The notes below the pieces were generated by a model. The model ran no database searches. It saw only the letters and a list, made by a program, of their open reading frames with translations, and was not told the origin of the DNA. Source: an uncultured Bacteroidota bacterium (GTDB lineage: Bacteria > Bacteroidota > Bacteroidia > 2-12-FULL-35-15). From it: a DNA stretch of 64,000 nucleotides. A program made the position numbers and the translations under genes. This document shows positions 57,218 through 64,000 of this stretch, one piece after another. The stretch spans positions 67,929-131,928 of the forward strand of contig CAINDA010000065.1 in NCBI GenBank assembly GCA_903847205.1, written 5' to 3'. Positions within the stretch are counted from its first letter, which is position 1. Each line of letters starts with the position of its first letter.

Positions 57218-58297
57218 TCAAATACAATTTTTAACAGAAATTGTTTTACTCATCGTATTATAAATATCTACAAACGTATCCTGCAGGTTCCATTTATATT
57301 TCCATTCAGGATAATCATTTTGAAATTTTGAAACATCACTGATGTACCATATATGATCACCGCTGCGTGCCTGCTCGCTGTAGCTGTGGTTTAATTTTTT
57401 GCCGCTGATATCTTCGCACATTTTTATTGCTTCAATCATCGAACAGTTAGCAAACCGCCCGCCGCCGGCATTGTAGGCAGCACCTTTTTTGGGATTTTGA
57501 TAAAAATTCCAAAACATATCTACCAAGTCGGAGCTGTGGATATTATCACGCACCTGCTTTCCTTTGTAGCCGAATATGGTATAATGATCTCCGGAAAGCG
57601 TGCATTTCATTAAGTAAGATAAAAAACCATGAAGCTGTGCCCCGCTGTGGTTTGGGCCCGTTAAGCATCCGCCGCGGAATACACCTACATTCATATCAAA
57701 ATATTTTCCATACTCCTGAGCCATCACATCGGCAGCTACTTTTGAAGCGCCGAATACAGAATGTTTGGTATGATCAATACTCATTTGCTCATCAATGCCG
57801 TTTTTAAAATACGGATGAGATTCATCAATTTCCCAGCGTGTTTCTTTTTCTATCAACGGCAGAAAATTAGGATTATCGCCATATACTTTATTGGTAGAAG
57901 TAAAAATAAAAACAGCTTCCTTGCAATATTTGCGGGTCAGTTCAAGCATGTGCATGGTGCCTAAAGCGTTCACGCCGAAGTCTGTGATTGGCTCTTTAGC
58001 TGCCCAGTCATGACTGGGTTGTGCGGCAGTATGTACAATCAGTTTAATATCACTTCCGTATTGATTGAATATTTTTTCGAGTTCAATTAGGTTTCGGATA
58101 TCAATTGAATAATGTTCGTAGTTAGAAACAGTTTCTTTTATTCTGGTTACATTCCAATTGGTGGATGCGGCTGTTCCGAAAAAATAACTTCTCATATCAT
58201 TATCGATACCGATTATTTTATCAAATTTTTTCGAAAAAAAGGAAACAGCTTCACTGCCGATTAATCCTCCAGAGCCTGTTATTAATGCTATATTCAT
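57218..58297 (-). CDS. Extended SDR NDP-sugar epimerase, CDP-paratose/tyvelose 2-epimerase-like
   Basis: [21 protein letters not shown] glycine-rich N-terminus. [38 protein letters not shown] gives YxxxK plus the post-motif block typical of the CDP-tyvelose epimerase subfamily. Length is 359 aa. Confidence 0.6.
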   Translation of the reverse strand: MNIALITGSGGLIGSEAVSFFSKKFDKIIGIDNDMRSYFFGTAASTNWNVTRIKETVSNYEHYSIDIRNLIELEKIFNQYGSDIKLIVHTAAQPSHDWAAKEPITDFGVNALGTMHMLELTRKYCKEAVFIFTSTNKVYGDNPNFLPLIEKETRWEIDESHPYFKNGIDEQMSIDHTKHSVFGASKVAADVMAQEYGKYFDMNVGVFRGGCLTGPNHSGAQLHGFLSYLMKCTLSGDHYTIFGYKGKQVRDNIHSSDLVDMFWNFYQNPKKGAAYNAGGGRFANCSMIEAIKMCEDISGKKLNHSYSEQARSGDHIWYISDVSKFQNDYPEWKYKWNLQDTFVDIYNTMSKTISVKNCI

Positions 58298-58395
58298 GAT
58301 AATTACAAATAATGTTTTGGGTTAGTAAAAGTAACTTTTTTTTACTGTTTTCTGAAAATAAATTTTCAAATCAAACAGGTGCTCCTCATTCACGA

Positions 58396-59541
58396 TTATT
58401 GAGCCCATGACGCAATTGTGTCATAGCTCTGCCTTACAAGGTTATTTAAAGTTTTCGATATTTTTACTGCATTTTGTTTTTTGATATTTATTTCATCACG
58501 GTTTAAAGAAGAAAATATTGTTTGGATCTCCTCCTTTAGATTGGGGCTGTCTTCCGCAAACCAGCCTGCATCCTGCAGTAAAAACCAGTTGTCGCTTTCT
58601 TTGTTTCCGCAGAAAATAATGGATGCTCCGCAGCAGATACTGCTTACTGCTTTTGAAGGCACGGCAACATGAGTCCATGAATTTACAAGTGTTACAAGAT
58701 GCACATCAATATGATGCAGTTCGTTCCGGGGCACGCTGTTTAGTATAGTTACCGAAGGATTATTTTTTGCGTATTGTTTCAGCTCTTCCGCTTTAATTCC
58801 GTAAACAGCCAGTACCATATGGTGTTTATCAGGGTTCAGCTGATCGATTACAGTTTTAATAAAATCTCCGGAATGGGGATTTCCGCAATTACCGCAGTAT
58901 CCAAGGTATATCTTATCAATATGGACTTTCCATGCAGGAGTTTTTTCAATTTTATTTTGATCTAAAAAAACACCGCAGGGTAAAATAACATGTTCTATCT
59001 GCCGTCCGTATTTTTTATCTAAAAGTTTTTTTTGATGAGGTCCAAGAGCTATTATTTTATCGGGAGCATTTTTATAAGTCTGTTTAAGAGCGTATCTATA
59101 TAAAAAATTGTTTTCGCTTAATTCGCCAGTAGCAGCAAACCCTTCCGGGAATAAATCCATGCTCCATAAAATCCATTCAATTTTTTTACGGCCTAATATT
59201 TTTGATGCCCACATCGGCAGCAGGGGAGGACTTGTCATTACTATAATCGGTCCGTGATTTAATTTAGCGGCCTTCCGGATTAAATTGTAACCATCCAATA
59301 AACTGCTCAGATAGCGGAGTATTTTATTATTCCCTTCATAAATCGTTTTGATTGGATACGTTTTGCCAACCGGTTCACGTTTGGTCCCGCCTCCTTCATA
59401 ACTGCGGCTGATGTGAACAACTGCCACTTCTAATTTATGATGTTCAATTAAATAATTTGCGAGGTCCCAGGCATTTTCACCTGTAATGTTAATATTGGGA
59501 GGGTAATGACGGTTGACTATAGTTAATTTTTTTGTCTGCAT
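58396..59541 (-). CDS. GT-B fold glycosyltransferase (GT4/GT1 family)
   Basis: The N-terminus TIVNRHYPPNINITGENAWDLANYL resembles GT4 WcaI-like proteins (YxP.....G). Length is 381 aa. Confidence 0.65.
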   Translation of the reverse strand: MQTKKLTIVNRHYPPNINITGENAWDLANYLIEHHKLEVAVVHISRSYEGGGTKREPVGKTYPIKTIYEGNNKILRYLSSLLDGYNLIRKAAKLNHGPIIVMTSPPLLPMWASKILGRKKIEWILWSMDLFPEGFAATGELSENNFLYRYALKQTYKNAPDKIIALGPHQKKLLDKKYGRQIEHVILPCGVFLDQNKIEKTPAWKVHIDKIYLGYCGNCGNPHSGDFIKTVIDQLNPDKHHMVLAVYGIKAEELKQYAKNNPSVTILNSVPRNELHHIDVHLVTLVNSWTHVAVPSKAVSSICCGASIIFCGNKESDNWFLLQDAGWFAEDSPNLKEEIQTIFSSLNRDEINIKKQNAVKISKTLNNLVRQSYDTIASWAQ

Positions 59542-59763
59542 ATATAACTACCGAAGCAATTTATTAAAGGAACCGAAAGATGGATTATAAGTATAATTTT
59601 TAAAACCTGTTTGTTATGATTTGCAGCAACGGTAAGGTTTTTTAATCCTTACAAAGTTAATTAAATTTTTTAATTTCTGTTTCTATGCTACCTTTGGAAA
59701 AATGATTTTTAATTGAAATATTTGAATCATCATTTCGTTATAATCCTCAAATAAAAAAACAAA

Positions 59764-61233
59764 TTGGGATCAATAAAAAGGCAGGGAATACAAAACGCTG
59801 TTATCACTTACTCAGGTGTGATGATTGGTTTTGTGAGTCTGTTGTTTATACAGCCGAATTTACTTAAACCCGAAGAGCTTGGATTGACGCGCATTTTAAT
59901 TGCTGCTGCAAGTCTGATCGCAACTATTTTACCATTGGGTGTGAGCAGTGTCACAACCAGATATTTTCCTTTCTTTCGTAATGAAGAGAAAAAACATCAC
60001 GGCTATTTTGGTTTTATGCTCCTCTTTCCCCTGCTGGGGACTGTTATTTGCGGTATTTTAGTTTACTGTTTCAAAAATGTAATCATCAATCAATACATTG
60101 AACAGTCATTTTTATTCACCCGCTTTTTTGATCTGCTTTTGCCCTTTGCCTTTATAATAGGGCTTAATATGGCATTGAATGCCTACTGCGCTTCCCTTTT
60201 TAAAACCGCAGTAATAAGTTTTTTTGAAGGGATTTTCTGCCGTGTTCTTTTTATTTTCCTGATTGTAATCTATTATTTCAGATGGATAGATCTTACCATG
60301 TTTATCAATTTGTTTGTCACCATTTATGCATTACAGGCTGTGTCAATGATAATTTATATTTATTCAGAGGATAAACCTTCGTTAAAAATCGATACTGGTT
60401 TTCTGAAATCTATTGGGCTTAGAAACCTCATAAAATATGGTTTAATACTAACGGTGACAAATTTCTCTTCCCTGAGTTTGAAGCACCTCGATGCAATTAT
60501 GATTGGTAAATATATGAACCTTGATTATGTCGGCATTTTTACTGTTGCTGCATATATTGCACTTGTGATTGAGATACCGCTTACTTCGCTGGAGCGGATT
60601 ACACACACTAAAGTCGCTCAGGCATGGGCGAATAAGGATACAGAGAGTATCAAAAAAATATATAATCAATCAGTAAAATATTTAATGCTGGCAGGCGGGT
60701 TGCTGTTAGTCGGTATTATTGCAAATGTTCATGAACTGCTGGGGCTGCTGCCTGAGGCATATCACAAGGGTGCTGTGGTTATTGTGATTACCTGCATCGG
60801 CGGGTTTTTAAATATTGCGACAGGTGTAAATACTTCAATACTTTTTGCTTCCGAAAAATACGTTTACGGCGCTTATTTATTGATCTTTTTAATGATAGCG
60901 GCCATTATTTTGAACATTATTTTAATACCAAAGTACGGCATTGAAGGGGCTGCATTTGCAACCGCTCTGTCGTCTGTAATTTATAATGCTTTGAAGTATT
61001 TTATTATTTTGAAAAATTTTAAAATGCAGCCTTATGATATGTCGAGTGTGAAAATACTTCTTGTGATTGCGGCAGCATTTTTTGTAAGCTATTTGCTGCC
61101 TTCAATGAATAACACTGCTGCATCTATTGTGTTTAAAACAGTTGTAATTACAAGTGTTTACGGAAGCCTTACAATTCTTTTAAAAATTGTGCCGGAGTTT
61201 CATCAGTACATTTCATTCAGCAGAAAAAAATGA
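59764..61233 (+). CDS. Wzx-like oligosaccharide flippase, paralog of 30396..31877
   Basis: A 489-aa polytopic protein with a TTG start. The N-terminal block GLTRILIAAASLIATILPLGVSSVTTRYFPFFRNEEKKHHGY and the C-terminal FKMQPYDMSSVKILLVIAAAF align residue-by-residue with the other flippase gene. Confidence 0.65.
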   Translation: MGSIKRQGIQNAVITYSGVMIGFVSLLFIQPNLLKPEELGLTRILIAAASLIATILPLGVSSVTTRYFPFFRNEEKKHHGYFGFMLLFPLLGTVICGILVYCFKNVIINQYIEQSFLFTRFFDLLLPFAFIIGLNMALNAYCASLFKTAVISFFEGIFCRVLFIFLIVIYYFRWIDLTMFINLFVTIYALQAVSMIIYIYSEDKPSLKIDTGFLKSIGLRNLIKYGLILTVTNFSSLSLKHLDAIMIGKYMNLDYVGIFTVAAYIALVIEIPLTSLERITHTKVAQAWANKDTESIKKIYNQSVKYLMLAGGLLLVGIIANVHELLGLLPEAYHKGAVVIVITCIGGFLNIATGVNTSILFASEKYVYGAYLLIFLMIAAIILNIILIPKYGIEGAAFATALSSVIYNALKYFIILKNFKMQPYDMSSVKILLVIAAAFFVSYLLPSMNNTAASIVFKTVVITSVYGSLTILLKIVPEFHQYISFSRKK

Positions 61234-61282
61234 GTCGGAAGTCTGTTCTAAAAAAATGTAATTTTTTTTGTATCGAAAAGAG

Positions 61283-61330
61283 GAAAATAGCCACAGAGTC
61301 ACAGAGACACGGAGAACACGGAGTAACACG
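61283..61330. repeat. Degenerate octamer micro-repeat (CACRGAGW) x ~5
   Basis: The tract reads ccacagagt cacagaga cacggaga acacggagta acacgaag. It lies just downstream of the flippase paralog. Confidence 0.3.
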
Positions 61331-61372
61331 AAGAAGAAACCATCTCAGCTCTTCAATTAGGTTCGAATAGAA

Positions 61373-62479
61373 CTACAATGCAACAAAGTTAATTGTTACC
61401 GTTCCATAAAAAGGGTTTGTGAGTTTATTTTCCATTACATAAGGCAGATTGCTATAACCTCTGTAAAAATCACCTTCATCAATATTAAATTTTGAATTAA
61501 TCCTGTAACCGGCTTGTAATGAAAGCCAGATAGATTTATGAATTGAACATTCGTAAGTAAGCCTAACTCTTAATTCAGATCTTCTAAGTTCTAATTTGCT
61601 GTATGCCGGCAATGGATTAGAATTCATTAAATTTCCTAAATAATAGGAATTTCCTTCCAACAAAAATCCTCCTGAAATAATATTTTTGGCATTAGCATTG
61701 AAACGGACTGCAGCCCGTGATGGAAGCAGTGATTCAATTCCCCATTTACTATTTTGGAATGTGCAGTTATATAGAAGCACCGGCACAATACTCTGCTCCC
61801 CGCCTCTATATGTGCGGCTTAATCCGATGGCAGTCTGAAGCCTGGAATGAGGCTTCCATCCAAACAATACTGCAGTCGAAAATTTAATAGTTGAGAGAGG
61901 CTGCAATTTTGAAAGGCTGTAATCTCCGCTCAATGTGAAATTATTTTGATTTAATAAAAAGAATTTTTCATTAAGCGGCTTGAAAATAGTGAAATTGCCA
62001 TCCATGCTGCGCAGTCCGTTATCATTAAGCGTTTTCGGAAAAGGACTTAATCCATCTGGCGATGTGAAACTGTATTTATTGTCTAAATAGCTGAAACCAA
62101 CTAATACCATCCACTTGGCTTTTGAAATTATCGGGAGGTTCACTGCAAACCTAAATCCTTGATTAAAATTTATTGTGTTTTTCTGCGGGCTTCCGAAAGA
62201 GGGGTTTATAGGAGTTTGGGCAGTGGCTATATTGGACGATAAGATATTAGATGATTGAAAATCATATCCTGCTGAAATTACTTTAAAAGGTGTGCTTCCC
62301 AAAACTTTTAAGTTACAATATGTTTTTCCGTCAGCATCAATTACATAGTATTTGTTGACTTCTATTTTGCTGGTTGTATCTTTCTGTGCAGAAACAAAAT
62401 TTGAAATGCAGACAGATATGATTAGCAAAAATATTTTATTCCTTTTTATAAAATCATTTAGACTTATTTTTTTTCTCAT
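61373..62479 (-). CDS. Hypothetical secreted / outer-membrane protein
   Basis: Signal peptide MRKKISLNDFIKRNKIFLLIISVCISNFVSAQ. The 368-aa sequence is Gly/Asn/Ser/aromatic-rich and beta-strand-like. Confidence 0.4.
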   Translation of the reverse strand: MRKKISLNDFIKRNKIFLLIISVCISNFVSAQKDTTSKIEVNKYYVIDADGKTYCNLKVLGSTPFKVISAGYDFQSSNILSSNIATAQTPINPSFGSPQKNTINFNQGFRFAVNLPIISKAKWMVLVGFSYLDNKYSFTSPDGLSPFPKTLNDNGLRSMDGNFTIFKPLNEKFFLLNQNNFTLSGDYSLSKLQPLSTIKFSTAVLFGWKPHSRLQTAIGLSRTYRGGEQSIVPVLLYNCTFQNSKWGIESLLPSRAAVRFNANAKNIISGGFLLEGNSYYLGNLMNSNPLPAYSKLELRRSELRVRLTYECSIHKSIWLSLQAGYRINSKFNIDEGDFYRGYSNLPYVMENKLTNPFYGTVTINFVAL

Positions 62480-62600
62480 TTCAGATTTTAATTCATTTTT
62501 AAAACAACAGTAGATTTTATATGAAGCAGCTATATCATTTAAAAGTCATTTCAACCCCTGCCCGCGGATGTTTAAATGACAAGTTGAAATATTCTAAAAT

Positions 62601-62628
62601 AAAAAAAGTACAGTTTTCTTAACTGTAC
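62601..62628 (-). terminator. Intrinsic terminator of the TPR gene
   Basis: On the minus strand an 8-bp stem GTACAGTT / AACTGTAC with loop AAGAA is followed by seven T residues. Confidence 0.55.
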
Positions 62629-62649
62629 TTTCTCTTTTTAAGTAAATTT

Positions 62650-63414
62650 TTAATTCAATTTTTTAAGAAGAGCTTCGCAGTCAGTTTTTGCTTTTTTGTC
62701 GTCTTCATTCGAAGGTGTAATTTCCAAAGCTTTTTGAGCCCAAAGTTTAGCTTCCACTTTTTTCCCCATGTCGGAATAGGTCTGAGCAAGTTCAAATTGG
62801 TGGTTCATATATTTAGGTTCAATACCTATGGCTGTGATAAAGGCTTTTACGGCATCATCATAAGTACCGCCCGGAGGCACTCCTCCGAAAAATGAATTAA
62901 TCATAATTTTTTCAACACCGTTAAAACCTGCAATTGTTCGGTTCCAGCGGCCAAGTATATGGTATGCACCGGCTAATCTGGGGTTGAGTGCAATTGCCCT
63001 GTCAACCTGTGTTTTAATTAATTTTGCATTCGCTACTTTTTGCTTTGAACTGGCATTTTCGTTGATGCGTCCTAAAGCCATTGCATAAGCAAAATGGGCA
63101 TCGGCACTTGCCTCATTTAATTTAATTGCTTTTTTAGCAAGGTACTCTGCCGTTTGGTAATACTTCATTTTTTCAGCATCGGCAACATAAAAAAAGCCGT
63201 ATTTAGAATAGCAGTAACTTGCGCCCTGCACATAATTTACGTTATTTGAATCTGTTTTTAATAAGGCTTGAAACGCAGGAAATGCATCTTTATATCTGAA
63301 TTCAAGTTTAGCCTTTAAAGCTTTTGCATATTGTTCATCATTGGTTTGAGAAATTGCCGAAAGACTGGCAATGACCGCAAAAACTGCAGTAAATAGTGTT
63401 TTCATCTTTTTCAT
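62650..63414 (-). CDS. Tetratricopeptide-repeat (TPR) protein, secreted
   Basis: Signal peptide MKKMKTLFTAVFAVIASLSAISQ followed by several TPR-like 34-mers (W..AL...P.N..). Length is 254 aa. Confidence 0.7.
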   Translation of the reverse strand: MKKMKTLFTAVFAVIASLSAISQTNDEQYAKALKAKLEFRYKDAFPAFQALLKTDSNNVNYVQGASYCYSKYGFFYVADAEKMKYYQTAEYLAKKAIKLNEASADAHFAYAMALGRINENASSKQKVANAKLIKTQVDRAIALNPRLAGAYHILGRWNRTIAGFNGVEKIMINSFFGGVPPGGTYDDAVKAFITAIGIEPKYMNHQFELAQTYSDMGKKVEAKLWAQKALEITPSNEDDKKAKTDCEALLKKLN

Positions 63415-63628
63415 TTTTTATTAATATTCTGGTTTGTAAATTTCATGAATTCTCGGCTTATGCAATTTGAGATTGCAAAGTAGCAGTAATTTTTTTATCC
63501 ATTGTAAAGAATTTTTAATTTCTTTTACAATGCTGTTCTGAACGATTTTTCACGATCGTAAATTTATTAATTTTTATTGGCGGTAAAGAGAGGGGAGCAG
63601 GTTGTGCGATTTATATTTAATCAAAAAA

Positions 63629-63991
63629 TTAGTTATTCGGATAGCCTGAATTCACCCATTTTACAATGGCAGTAATGTCGCAGTCGGTTAGTTTATTATT
63701 CTTAGGCATAGGAGAAAAGCCGGTAGATTGCTTTAAACATCCTATTAATCTGTTATTTATAGCAGTTGCAGCAACTCCGCTGTAAGAAGTTAAATCATAA
63801 CCTCCCCCTTTATTACTTGCTGAATGACATCCTGTGCACCATGTATTTATTATTCCGCTGATTCTGCCGCTGTATGTATAACTTGAGGTATCGCAGGTGC
63901 CGCCGCAATTAGACGTGTTTTGGGCGCCCATCTGAATCCATATTTTTATGTAATTGATGTCTTTCAGATCTAATTTTTTTTTAATGGGCAT
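63629..63991 (-). CDS. Putative c-type cytochrome domain protein (CxxCH), possibly N-terminally truncated by the window edge
   Basis: WCTGCHS carries a CxxCH heme-binding motif. The frame stays open to the window end, so the true start may lie beyond position 64000. Confidence 0.35.
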   Translation of the reverse strand: MPIKKKLDLKDINYIKIWIQMGAQNTSNCGGTCDTSSYTYSGRISGIINTWCTGCHSASNKGGGYDLTSYSGVAATAINNRLIGCLKQSTGFSPMPKNNKLTDCDITAIVKWVNSGYPNN

Positions 63992-64000
63992 TGATGCAAA

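Overview
This window looks like Bacteroidota chromosomal DNA: roughly 36% GC, T9SS C-terminal sorting domains, a Fibrobacter-succinogenes-paralogous domain protein and a eukaryote-type citrate synthase. The first ~15 kb and the last ~3 kb carry housekeeping genes: fabD (5' truncated), hutU, an ACC-deaminase-family PLP enzyme, eno, gltA, carB and an uncalled rpmH. About 15–61 kb is one very large cell-surface glycan locus made of five parts.

(i) Two divergent Gfo/Idh/MocA oxidoreductases sit opposite an FG-GAP/PKD T9SS cargo protein, with a 20-bp tandem repeat array in the shared promoter region.
(ii) A putative CDP-activated, C-branched/methylated deoxysugar operon (20.3–30.3 kb) contains an RfbF-like cytidylyltransferase, a radical SAM enzyme, a TylC3-like C-methyltransferase plus a second gene with the same C-terminal domain, a 3,5-epimerase, SDR enzymes and a GT-A transferase.
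(iii) A Wzx-like flippase is convergent with an 840-aa YfhO-like membrane protein.
(iv) A nonulosonic-acid (legionaminic/pseudaminic-like) cluster at 44.8–54.6 kb is augmented by an ATP-grasp enzyme and a metallophosphoesterase. It is followed by a DUF115/Maf-like putative transferase.
(v) A second sugar block (TylF-like and FkbM methyltransferases, a CDP-paratose-2-epimerase-like SDR, a GT4 transferase) ends in a second Wzx-like paralog.

Other notable items are a sensor-propeller/Y_Y_Y/TM protein with a PP2C (SpoIIE) output. A 33-bp palindromic element is present in two copies: one sits in frame inside hutU and one acts as an intergenic hairpin. There are two CA-rich octamer micro-repeats and a decayed low-density region carrying a receiver-domain fragment and a T9SS-domain remnant. 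Two small genes below the ORF-track cutoff are rpmH and a Cys-rich 59-aa ORF. No rRNA, tRNA, CRISPR, transposase or integrase was recognised. All protein identities come from reading motifs by eye; no database search was run.
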